Positions 40,701 to 52,452 of a stretch of 64,000 bases of DNA are shown piece after piece (within the stretch, counting starts at the first letter, position 1; each line of letters starts with the position of its first letter). The position numbers were made by a program, and so were the translations under genes. This stretch comes from Geosiphon pyriformis uo1 (Eukaryota; Fungi; Glomeromycota): contig JAAOMT010000483.1 of NCBI GenBank assembly GCA_016748015.1, positions 62,001-126,000 of the forward strand. The letters run 5' to 3'. The notes under the pieces are model-generated. The model ran no database searches, was not told the origin of the DNA, and worked only from the letters and a program-made list of their open reading frames with translations.

Positions 40701-42857
40701 AAAGAAGAGAAGGCAGCCGGACGCACAAATATTCCATATTTACTTCCAAAGGGTGAATATGTCAGTACGCGTGATGAAAGTCGATTCAGAGGAACTTGTG
40801 AAGTTCAATTGTTGCGAAGTAGCGCGTATTGGAGCAGTGGAATTAAATTGGAGGTAAATATGAATTTCAAGTGCTCTTGTATTCTTTCAACTTGAAGCTA
40901 GTTAGGATTTACTTTTTCCTCAATTTTATAGCATTCAATCTACAGAGCTTATCGTCACTTAATATCCATTTCAAAACATTTTATCTATATCGAGAACCAA
41001 TTCTTTGGTAAGTCGATAAATTGACTAACTCGATGAGGCTGCTTTAGGAATTGATATTTGTTATATATATTTTGTATGTTCATATTAATAGTTACTGCCA
41101 CTGAAAAAGATCCTAACTACGCTGTCAAGAACCTCATTGGCGAAGTATATAATTTGTTTTACGTTTCAAAATTACCATTTTTTCTCTATTCTTATGCTTC
41201 ATTTTAATATTTTCAAGGCCATTGTGGATCGCATCAAGAAAGCTGCAAATGATCACGAGAAATTCCGTGTTATTGTAGTTATGCCATTATTACCTGCTTT
41301 TCAAGCTGATTTGAATTCGAAGGAGGCTGGGACAATCCGGTAAAGGTTTGTTGTTTCTGTGAGCATTTTTTCTCATTTACTAAAAAATTTTTCTATTCAC
41401 CTAAAGCATGGTGATGCATTGGCAGTACGTATCTATTTGCCGAGGAGGACGATCGGTTTTGGAGAAGATTGCAGCAGCTGGAATCGACCCTAAAGATTAT
41501 ATCTCTTTCTTCGCTTTACGTGGTTACGATAGAATCAAACAGCCGATCAAGGAAGATTCAGACAGCCAAAATAATGATGCAATCCAGCAAGACAATTCTT
41601 TAAAGCAAAAAGGCAAGGCAAATAGAGATGAAACCTCGCTGCCATCGGAAAGCCAGAGCATTCTTGAGCAAAAAGACGTGCAACCGGAAGATAAAACTCT
41701 ACAGCAATTAGAAACTCAGAACCTTAAGGACTCGATAGCCCCCAATGCTATGGAAAGGAGTGTGGAGTCACTTGATTCGCAGCAACCCACGCAAACTGAA
41801 GACAATCTCATTGATGAGCAAATTTCGACCGGCTCACAGCAGAAATCTGAGGGAGCTGAGCCTATCCCTTCTAGTACACAATATCTTGATAGCCGATCCA
41901 AGTATGTAACTGAAGAACTCTACATTCACAGTAAAGTATTGATTGTAGACGATCGTTATGTTATTTGTGGATCAGGTTTGTAAAAGAGGAGCAATTTGGT
42001 GAATTGCGGAAATATGGGATTTAAAGTTAATTGTATACTGTTTTTATATAGCTAACTTGAACGATAGATCCCAACTTGGTAATCGAGACTCGGAAATTGC
42101 AATTCTCATTGAAGATAAATTAACAGTCCCAACTCGTATGAACGGTCAAAGTGTAAGATTTTATATTTCATTTCTTCTGGGCTACAATAACTCAGAGATT
42201 AATTTTTATTTTGAATTATAGTATGAAGCCTCCAAATTTGCCTACACGTTACGTAGTAATCTTTTCAAAGAACACTTGGGTCTTCTTCCATCTCAGGATC
42301 ATACCACCGTAACAAAAAGTTGTATCCCACCAATAAATCCAGAGGAGTTGTATGATGTTTCTCATGGTAAGGATCGTATTTCAACTAGTGATATAATTGG
42401 CGAGTCATCAACAGGCTACTTGCCAAAGCATCCAACAAAAGAAGATTTAGCCGTGATGGACCCATTGTCTGATGAATTTTACAATTATTGGCAAAAAACC
42501 GCCCAAAATAACACGGAAGCATTCCGTGATGTTTTCCGTTGCGTTCCGGATGATAATGGTAATTTTTTCATTTCCTTGATTAATTATTATTTTTTCTATT
42601 ACTGAAGACCTTTTTTTGATAAAATATATTATTTTAAAGTAACCGATTGGGTGGGTTATAAAAATTTTGTACCGGATCCTACAAAAGTCCCTACTGGACA
42701 CGTAGCAAATACGCAAAAGAGCGTTGAGGAAGTTCGTGAGAAATTGAATCAAGTTCGTGGTCACTTGGTCGTGTTTCCGACAGAATTTTTGAAAGATGAA
42801 AATCTATTGGGTAGTGTGATCTCTAATGCAGTTACACCCGCTGAAATATTCACATAA
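37780..42857 (+). CDS. PLD1: Phospholipase D1 (Spo14/PLD1 family; PX, PH and two HKD motifs), multi-exon
   Basis: [65 protein letters not shown]. Confidence 0.93.
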
Positions 42858-43235
42858 AAATCCCAGTTATTCGGCAGCAATTTCTTTTTCTTTCTATTGT
42901 GCGAATCAAATCGATTATATTATTATTTTCCACTGTTGTATAATGTAGTATCGTTATAGATAGATTGGTTAACGAAACCTTGGTTAAAAATTAATTTGAT
43001 TATCAATAAAAATAATTTATATCGTAAAGCTTGAAGATTTTTCTGCAAACCACGCCTCCATTATTCCAAATAATGGCACTTCAGTTTCTGTTAAATTCTC
43101 GATGCGATCGACTCGACTGTAAATCTGGCATCTCTTTCAAAACCAAGCTTATTGGTCTGAACTTCTAGATTTTTGTTTCACATTCTGCGCTATGCAAAAT
43201 TCTCTTTCAATTAGAGTTGTGATGGATTGCTTGCT

Positions 43236-43535
43236 GAGGCTGTCGCATTTTTCACTCACGAATTTGATTTTATTATCATTCCTCCTTATGAGGTATCAGA
43301 CATGGTGAATCGAAAAAAGAGAAAATCACACGAAAACAGGTTGAAAGATGCTATGCTGGGTGCACTATCGATTCCTTTAACATGTGATTACCAAGGCAGA
43401 AGAATTGGGAGCCTGAGTTTTCATCCAAAACGAGGCCTATACCTTTAAAATTGTAGCTGATATGGAAACATCCAAAGAATCTGCCGGAATTGTAAGCTTG
43501 TTATGGATAGAGATGAAAATAGTCATAGTATTGTC
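43236..43535 (+). pseudogene. C-terminal fragment of a Fanzor2/TnpB-like RNA-guided nuclease, decayed
   Basis: With frameshifts reads AVAFFTHEFDFIIIPPYEVSDMV..MLCWVHYRF*..KAEELG..NEAYTFK.CS*YGNI..CRNCKLVMDRDEN (RuvC-II region, zinc finger, RuvC-III). Confidence 0.8.
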
Positions 43536-44190
43536 TGTTATTGATATGTTACAATCCATCCGTCAAAAAAGTGGTAGAATAATGCCAAATTTAAAGGTTG
43601 AAATTGATTCGGAGATCGGATTTTGAAAGTTGAAGTATCCAGCCTGGTGTGGTTTCGCTGGTCTGAATGCGGGATCTAATTCGTAGGTAATCCGAAAAGC
43701 TTGATTAAAGCTATTGGGTAAAATATCTTTTGCTCATACTCCTTTTCCATTTTTCATCAAACATGTTAGTAAAAGTAGGAAGACAATGTTCCTGAAAATA
43801 AAACATTTGCGCCTGAGAATTTCCTCGAAAAAGCTATTCTCAATCGAAATAATAATAATTGGTTTCAATTTTCGTTATTGCATGATCCCCAAATTTTTCT
43901 GGTTATTAAACAACATTATAAAAATAGGGTGAAAAGAACGACAGAGAAATCTTTAGGATCAAATTTAACAATTCTTTATTCGAATTACCCTAATTCTCTT
44001 TGATTTCAACCAAATTCAAATAGAACTTAAGCTAAACGGATATCCAAGCTAATTAACTAGTAACATTTCTGATCAGTCATAGCATAATTACCTGAATTTT
44101 GCCTCACTGGCATGTGGGTCTCGAATTAAGCTTAATATGAAATTAGCCCTCCAACATCCAAGAAGACAATATTTATTTATAGAATTGGTA

Positions 44191-45285
44191 CTAAAATCCC
44201 ATAGGGTCTAATTCCATTTCCTCGACGCTATCGTCATCATTATCATCATCCCTCACGAATCCGTCAAGAGTTATTTTCTTTTTGTCATCAGAGTCAGGCT
44301 CTTCATCGCCCAAGTATCCGTCATAACAAATCTTCTTGCTATAGGAATAAGGCTCAGCATCGACTTCCATTTCAAATTCTTTAGTGTATTCTTCATTCGG
44401 ATCTACCGTGTTATTTCTAGGTGATTATTCATGAATTCGAAATTGAATTTCATTTCTTAATAGTGCTCTACCTTTCCCATTGCCATTTTTAGCTAAGCTC
44501 GCAATATTCTCTATTCGTGTTTCTTCCTTTTTTGAGCGTCAAACAAGATTAATTAGAGTCAATTGCCCACCAATATAAAATATATAGCCTACCGGCATGT
44601 GTTCGGGGAGAACCCAAATAGGTCTTCTATATAAAACCATATCCCGCACTGGATTTTCATAGCTGAGAATAGGTTTCGAAATTTATAATTAAAAATTTGC
44701 AATTATTCACAAAAGGTCTGCAAAGAGATTGCTCACGTCCGAGTAACTAGCAACTCCTTTGGTATTTTTTTCAATGATTTTCTTAATTCACGAGGCATTT
44801 GAACGGGTTGATCAAAGTCATTAATATCATCATCACTTTTGTCTGAATCAGATGCATCTACATCAAGATTGTTAACCATCAAAACATGCTTTTGTCGTGG
44901 AATTGAACGTATTTGTCCATCAGGCTTTATTTGATTTGGCAATTCTCTTAATTCATCTGTCAAGGAGGAATTGGTTGATAGATCTATAAAGTGGTGAGGA
45001 TCAGTTATACAAATGCCACAAAAATCAAGAACCTCTCAACTTGAAATTTCGACCATTATATTAGAGCATCAAAAAGGTTGAAACCAACTCCAATATACCA
45101 GCACTATTATTTGTATAAGAGAAGTTGTCATCTTCACGAAGCGAAAGAGCTGTTAATTCCGAAGAAAGAAACTCAGAAACCAAGCGTCTCTTCGCTCTTT
45201 CGATTTCTGATTGGTCTAGATCGATTTCGGTAGGGTAGTGACGTTTTTTGGGATTTTCGAAATTTAGGAAGGGAAAAGATTCCAT
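44191..45285 (-). CDS. Hypothetical acidic protein, multi-exon
   Basis: Exon-like ORFs bounded by GT/AG; KRRL basic patch; acidic C-terminus ending EEMELDPMGF*; no family recognised. Confidence 0.6.
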
Positions 45286-45797
45286 TTGTTACAGAAGTTA
45301 CAGAAAGCTACTACTTTATGAAAATTATGAGGGTAAAAACAAGAAATTATGACATCATATCTCAAATATTCCATCATAAAATAGGCAAATGCCACCCTAT
45401 TTGAAGTAATTCATTATGGCACAGCAGTTCACATTCAAGTACAATGCACATTTCGTAATACACTAATATATAAATAAATTTAGTGATAGACTATACAAGT
45501 CTGTAAAACAAAAAGCTGTAAAATTCCCGACAACATAAAAATTGCAAAAAAGTGTACTATCGAGAAAACATTTTTGTACTCCTGGGAACAACTTCTGTAT
45601 AGTCCTCTATATGCCCGTCTTCAGCTTTTTTATTACATGATGTTAGTTAACTTAATATTCCAATTGCCTTTTTCTTTTTTATCTGATATCTTTTTAAGAA
45701 TATCTCCTTGAATACAGGCTAGCAAGAATTTCGACCAGCGTTGGGAAACACTTTTCTTTTAAATTTTATATCCCTTGCTAACTTTTTTCTCGATAAT

Positions 45798-47721
45798 ATG
45801 AGCAAATTTAAACATGGGTTAACCGTTGACCGTGACACCGAGGACCCTATGCGTCGTCCTCGACCTGCATCTCAAGAAGGTTATAATTATCCATCAGAGT
45901 CTTTTGCCAGAAAAGAAACCCACCAACGATTAAGTAATAAACGAGAACAATTTTCGAATATTCGTCCATATAATTCTTCCGCGTCTCTAGAAGTTCGTCG
46001 CGAATATCACCAGCAACAAAGAGAACGCGACTTTTTTTCATCTTCACCATCTCATGATACCGCGTCCGATCACGGACCACCGCCTGGTCACGGACTACCG
46101 CCTGGTCATGAACCACCCCCTGGTCACGAATTATTCATTAATTCTCGGGAGTCATTAGCAACGTCAGTTATTGGCTCATACGACTATGATTTGTCGGATT
46201 ATTACTACTCTAACCGAACTTTTAATGTGTCATCACCCAATTTCCAACAACCCCGCCCTAATGATAACATGTCTCGTGATACTCTCTCACCTCTGGCAGC
46301 TCAACTAGCAAATCCTAAATCTTCATCGCGCCCTGTAACACCAACATCACAACCTCGAAATATGCCTCGGAATTTGTCACCATCAGATCCAAATAATAGA
46401 AATTCTTCCTCATCTTATCTTTCAGCCTCCCGAAAATCTGGAAATCCTGCACAAGTTTCAAATTATTCCCAATCACCCCATTCACCCAATCCTTCAAATT
46501 CATCATATATATCTCGTTCAACTAATTCTCCGCCCTCACCTTATATTGTTCCTGATTCACATTCGTTTCAAATTTCTTCTTCGAATGTAAATCAACAGCA
46601 GTTACCACCTCATTCTACATTTGTCCAACCTTCAAAATTAAGTCAACGTGTTTCCCAAGAATCTCTCATTGATCCTTTTTTTGAATCTCAAGGAAATTCA
46701 GCTAGCATTCCGCTTGATACTTCTAACTCGGTGCAACAACAAAAATCTGAGATGGAACTTCCTGGACAAACTCCACTATCCCAAAAGCTACACCCACAAC
46801 CAAAACCTCCGTCGCGTTCCCCATCCCAATATTCCCTTCAGGCACCAAGAGCCGCAGATCAACAACCACGTCCACTTTACAAGGCTAATTCTACTTCGTC
46901 ATTACATCAAAATTCTAATATTGATCCGGAATCCATAGCTCAACCATTATCACTGGAGGACTACGTTCACAAAGCGATTAAATATCACGAGGACAACGAA
47001 CTTGAAAAGTCCGCTAATTATCTTCGTATCGCTGCCGAGCTGGGATCTCCTGCCGCTATGGTATTATACGGTATAGCTTTGAGACATGGCTGGGTGAGTA
47101 AAAATTATTTGTAATTTCTAATGGATTTCTCAGTATTTTTTCTTGAATTAAATTTTGTCGAATCCATTTTCTAAAGGGATGTAAAGTAGATGCTGGTTTA
47201 GCTTTTAAATATCTCCAGAAGGCTGCAGAATTTGCTGTAAGCGACCCTGCTAAAAGGAAAGAAAGTGTTAGCTTATCTTCTGTAACAGGTGAATTGGTTT
47301 TAGCCATTTATGAATTAGGAGTGTCTTTTAGGCATGGTTGGGGTGTTTTGAAAAACAAAACTACAGCTGCTTATTACTTTGAAATTGCGGCAAATTTGGT
47401 AAGCATAAGAAAGGTCGGGTTTGTGATTTAATCTAATTTCCCATATATTAACAAATTTCCTATTTTTTTACCTTTCAGGGAGACCCCGATGCCCAAAATG
47501 ATATTGGCCTATGTTATTATAAAGGCGAAGGAGTAAAGAAGGATATGAAAATGGGTAAGGTTTTAAAATTAAAATAATTGTCTATTGGATTAAGAACTAT
47601 TCTCATGAAGAATTTTATTATCACAAAATCAGCTGCCAAATATTATAGAATGGCACATGCACAAGGTCAGGGTACAATGGGCAATTCTTGGATTTTTAAG
47701 TCGAAATATGATGATGCCTAG
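45798..47721 (+). CDS. Sel1-repeat protein, Dsf2/Nif1-like, with long S/P/Q-rich N-terminus
   Basis: LYGIALRHGWG, AIYELGVSFRHGWG, GDPDAQ, AAKYYRMA, GNSWIFKSKY. Confidence 0.85.
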
Positions 47722-48708
47722 TGTTCTATCGAACACGAAATATAAAAACCAGAACTATTTTGAATGAGATATCCAGGAATTTCGGTGACAGAGCAAGTCT
47801 CGGCAACATGGTTATTCCTCAATGATTCCCTAATTTATATTTCCAATCCGGCAACTTCTTTGATGTATCACTTTTTTGTATTTTTATACTCATTGTAAAT
47901 ATAAACTTAATATTTTCCTCTCTTTGGGAGTCGGACATAAATTATTTTCGCATCAATCCTTCATAGATATAAAATATACATGAACGTAACCTTGTATTCA
48001 AACTCTCATTTATCAGTCATTATTATTCTTACACTACAATTACTACAATATGGGTAGCAATATAAAGATAATCAATAAAATTGCGCCTACTAATTATCAC
48101 TAGTCAATACCAATTAAGAAAAGTACACAAAAACCATTTCTGTTTGTGGTTTACTTACAATAATCATAATTTTTGCTAATTTTTCTGTTTCGCTAAATAA
48201 TCCAGAAAAATTACTACATTAAATATTTTAATACACGATCATAAACTCATTTTTATGATACAAATATTTATTGTTTATTGTTTTTATTTTTAAAATATCA
48301 ATTTGGTTCTTTATTTTTGTTTAAAATATCAATTTTAATAGTAAAATTAATAATCCCAATTTTAACTTGTAAAAAAACAAAACACAACTATTTGCTAATT
48401 ATGACTAAAAATGTTGCAACATCTGATGTCATCGATATCATCTCTAGTCATGGTAACCAGTGTCGCTTATAATCACATAATCAGCAAAATTAGATTGAGT
48501 TCAGTATTTTTTAGGGTATTAGGATTATTTGATTTATCAATGATTGAGCGAATTTATTATCTAATCAATTTCCCGTTTATCAGATTTTCAATAATTTTGA
48601 TTTCAAAACCAAGTTCCTCCAGATTTTGTTGCCAAAGTCAACAGATCCCACTTAATCACATAAAAATTTTGTAATTATTGGAATGATCACTTCAAGGATT
48701 TGTGTTAC

Positions 48709-50781
48709 CTAATCTTCATCCCATTCCGTCGCGAAATCTTCCAATTTTTCAGTCTCGTTGTGAAGTTTTGTCAGGCCGGTCAATTCTTCTATCCACTTCG
48801 GGGATTGAAGGGCTCGGAGTAGAAATTCCCAGCCATGTTGCTGGTATTGAGTTAATATTGTATCACTGCAAGCAGTACATCCCGTGTAATGGTTTCCAGT
48901 CAACGTTAAAATTTTGAAATCAGAGAGAAAGCCACGGATTTGATGAGGAATAACACCTAACGGCGAATCGTTTTCGGACGGTTTTTCATCAGAAGCACTA
49001 TCGACACCATCGCCTTTTGTCAATACTGATACCATTAATTCAACTGCTAAAGCTGCGGTAATCGATGCTAATCCCGGCCTTGATACGGTACATTGTTGAT
49101 CTAATGTACGATCCTTTAAAGTATCTCCAGGTCCAATAATGTCATTGCAGAAATAACAACCGAGCCTAGTAAATAGTGTTTCTTCTTTATCCTTTGATTG
49201 AAGATCGGTGTTGTTATCCCCTCGTATGCCATGCCTCATAACTACGAAGCTATCAAAACCTAAAGCCGCATTAATTACTAGTTTATCAAGGCTAGCTGAG
49301 ATTAAGGTAGGTAACCATCGACTCTCTCTGCTGTCTGTCAATAAAAATATAACATCATGTGACTGAATTAGTGATTGAAGTTTATACACTTCATTCTCTA
49401 CTTGTTCCACTGAGAAAATAGGGTGGCCGGGCATCGGGATAGTAAGATCATGACCTTGCGTGGTAACGCCCGGATAAATTTTTTTAAGATTTATCGCTGC
49501 TGTTTCTGCTTTTGGTTTCCCGCCATCCAGACAATCTTCAAAAAAGAAAAGTGGTTGTCTTACGGGATTAGAAAAAGATATACGCGAGTTATCAACAAAG
49601 GTGATATGGCGTACCCCCCATCCCAATAATATCCTTCCCACGTAGCAGCCCAAAGTTCCTGCTCCTAAAAGTAAACATTTTGTTTCTTTGATCTTCTCAA
49701 GATTAAGAGAAGGAACTATTCGCCAGCGCATCAACTTAAGATTGAGATCAATAGATGTGTCGGCCAATATTTCAGGATTCATAAGTGGTGCCAGATCTGC
49801 AATTCGAGGCCCAAGTTTCCCCTGGGAGTTTTTCTCCCAACCGACAGCTTTTGGAATTTCGTCGGTTATTTTCGCCTCACTGGGTAACTCGATTATTAGA
49901 AATCGACTTTCTGAAATATCTCTTTTTCCTGGAATCTCTCTATAGCACAAGACTTTTATTTTACGTACATGCCATTTATGTTGAATCAGGAGCAACAGGT
50001 TACGCAGTGGCCATCCTGGATTCGTGGGTAAACTAGAAGGATCAGCAAAACCTACAATCCTCTCTTCATCATCTAATCCCGAGAAAAATGCTTCCCATTC
50101 CCCCAAACTCCCGATAATTATTTCTTGTCTTTCATTCTCCGATTTTTTTTCTCGAATCAAAAAAAATCCAGAATTGAAACTTTGATTCTTTTGTCGAAAT
50201 TTATTATAGTTTTCGAACAATGACTCCCTTTGGTCATTATTCCATACTTCTGTAATAATTCTACCAGCTCCTTGATCAGCGATTAACCATGGTGGATCAG
50301 ACATCAAAGCAGGGAAAGCAAACCAGTAATGATACTTATACTTTTTCAAATCAGCAAAAGTGACAAGAAGAAAACGATTAAGAAGCCAAGGGTTTTCTAT
50401 TGCCTTTCCAGATATTATGTCAAGCCATATTTTTTCAGCTGTTTCTTTAAATAATATTGTTTTATCTAGACTTTTAAATTCTTCAATAGTATTTGTATTT
50501 TTTAAAATTCCAATTGAAGGAAAAGAGAAGGATGGCAAACGTAAAGTAGATTCAGTTTCAAAAGCTCCTGGTCCCAAACATAACCTAGTTGGCATTACAA
50601 TGTTTGCTTCTGTGGGGTCATTGGAACTAATGGAGTGACCCGTGGAGTAATAACCTATTATGCTTAAAGGGGCATCATCTAACTTATATAAGTCTATTTT
50701 TCTCGTTGAAAAATTTTGCCAGAAAGGAGCCTCAACCGCTGAAGAAAATGAAGCAAATTGGAGAAGAGGAGTTGTAGACAT
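48709..50781 (-). CDS. ATG7: Autophagy E1-like enzyme Atg7, intronless, 690 aa
   Basis: FADLKKY.YHYWFAFP, NPGWPLRN, DLNLKLMRWR, GAGTLG, SNPVRQ, DSRESRWLP, catalytic DQQCTV. Confidence 0.97.
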   Translation of the reverse strand: MSTTPLLQFASFSSAVEAPFWQNFSTRKIDLYKLDDAPLSIIGYYSTGHSISSNDPTEANIVMPTRLCLGPGAFETESTLRLPSFSFPSIGILKNTNTIEEFKSLDKTILFKETAEKIWLDIISGKAIENPWLLNRFLLVTFADLKKYKYHYWFAFPALMSDPPWLIADQGAGRIITEVWNNDQRESLFENYNKFRQKNQSFNSGFFLIREKKSENERQEIIIGSLGEWEAFFSGLDDEERIVGFADPSSLPTNPGWPLRNLLLLIQHKWHVRKIKVLCYREIPGKRDISESRFLIIELPSEAKITDEIPKAVGWEKNSQGKLGPRIADLAPLMNPEILADTSIDLNLKLMRWRIVPSLNLEKIKETKCLLLGAGTLGCYVGRILLGWGVRHITFVDNSRISFSNPVRQPLFFFEDCLDGGKPKAETAAINLKKIYPGVTTQGHDLTIPMPGHPIFSVEQVENEVYKLQSLIQSHDVIFLLTDSRESRWLPTLISASLDKLVINAALGFDSFVVMRHGIRGDNNTDLQSKDKEETLFTRLGCYFCNDIIGPGDTLKDRTLDQQCTVSRPGLASITAALAVELMVSVLTKGDGVDSASDEKPSENDSPLGVIPHQIRGFLSDFKILTLTGNHYTGCTACSDTILTQYQQHGWEFLLRALQSPKWIEELTGLTKLHNETEKLEDFATEWDED

Positions 50782-51325
50782 TGCAAAACTATAAACCTGA
50801 GCAGCCTTCTTCCTTGATATTAAGAAAGCTTTTTCGTCACTATGAAAAAAACCAAGTTCCTGAACTTGAAAGCCGAATCGAGTTCAAAAGCTTTGGCGCT
50901 AAGACGATTTGACAGTTATCAATTTAAATTCTATGTTTTTTCCCCGTGATTTAATCTAAAATATACAATGCAAAGTTGCGCCTTTAATGTATTTAACAAA
51001 TTACGCATTGTAATAAATGACTATTATATAATTTTTCTAAAGAAATAGGAATGCCCTGCAATAATACTTTTTATTATTAAATGTACAGGTAGATTTACAT
51101 GATAATGAAAATGAAAATTGGTCCATATTTCTGTTTCTTTTTTAAAGTTACCACATTCCGATTAATGTTTGTGCATACTTTATAAAATTCTATCTTTGCT
51201 TTCAAGTAAAGAAAAAAATACATGTGATTTATTGCTATAAATATAATATTTTTTTTAAAATAAAAAATTTCTGCAATTTGATTTAATAATAATAAAGTTG
51301 TGAAAAAATCTATTATTATACAATA

Positions 51326-51364
<39 letters not shown>

Positions 51365-52452
51365 CCAAATCAAAATAAATAGCTTTGCATATTTTGCTTG
51401 TGAGTATGCCAAATGTATTATATTTAAATGTGTTTTTGTTATGATAAACTTAAATTATAAAGTTAGCAAAAAAATTTTATATTATTAATAAATAATAAAT
51501 TTTTTTTACCAAAACTAAAATTAATACTTGGTTAACATAAATTATAATATATTTTTACAAATACTGTTAATAACACAATTACTTAAATTTTATGTTATTT
51601 ATTTAATTGTTTTTTAATTTTGGTTATTATGCTAAAATAATTATTTGGTATATTATATTAAAAAAAATTAAATATATTAATTATTGTTTTAAATAAAAAT
51701 TTAAAATAAGTATAGTTTGTTTATAAATTATTTAAATTTAAATATGTTTAATATATTGTATTTAAAACATGTTTTTATTAATAACAAATATTTTTTTATT
51801 ATTTATTTAACAAATACAGTTTAATATTATTTAATACAATATAATAATAAAATATTTTAAATTAAATATACCTTTTTTTTTTTACATATAATTAACTATT
51901 TAAGCCACATTATATAATTATTTTAACTAAAACATTATTATTTAAATCAAAAAAAACAAACAAAAAAATTTATACTAATTAAAAATTATTAAAGCAAAAA
52001 ATATTTATTTAATAATATAAACTATAATTTAAAAACTTTATTTTTTTATATTAAATACACAAAACATTAAAATAACTTCTATTATAAAACTATTTATAAA
52101 CTATTATTAACAATGTTTTATATAATGTTTTTATTATATAAATATAAAAAACATAAAAAAATTAGAATATTAAATTAAAATAACATAATATTAATTAATA
52201 TTACAAATTAAAAAAAATAATAACTTTAATCTTAAATTTAGTTTTTTAAAAATTTTTTTAACTATATTAAAAACAAAATTTTCAAAAATATAATCTTATT
52301 AACCAATTTATTAATTATTTTATTAAATAGATTAAAATATTTCTTAATTTTAAACTATTTTAAAAAAATTTTTTTAGTAAAAATAATATTGTTTATATAA
52401 TATTTATCTATTTAATAGTTATTATAAAAGTTAAATACTATATAACAAAAAA

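Noticed and set aside
43227-43448. 73-aa ORF as a small gene
   Set aside because: It is a frameshifted piece of the Fanzor/TnpB relic.
46071-46130. 18-bp HGPPPG-type repeat
   Set aside because: Ordinary low-complexity repeat in a disordered N-terminus.
48410-48470. X-box/CRE-like motifs (gttgcaac, tgatgtcat, catggtaac)
   Set aside because: Incomplete matches lying between two convergent 3' ends; no supported gene nearby.
51329-51354. (TA)n tract and small ORF 51095-51412
   Set aside because: Simple repeat in an AT-rich spacer; the ORF lacks coding features.
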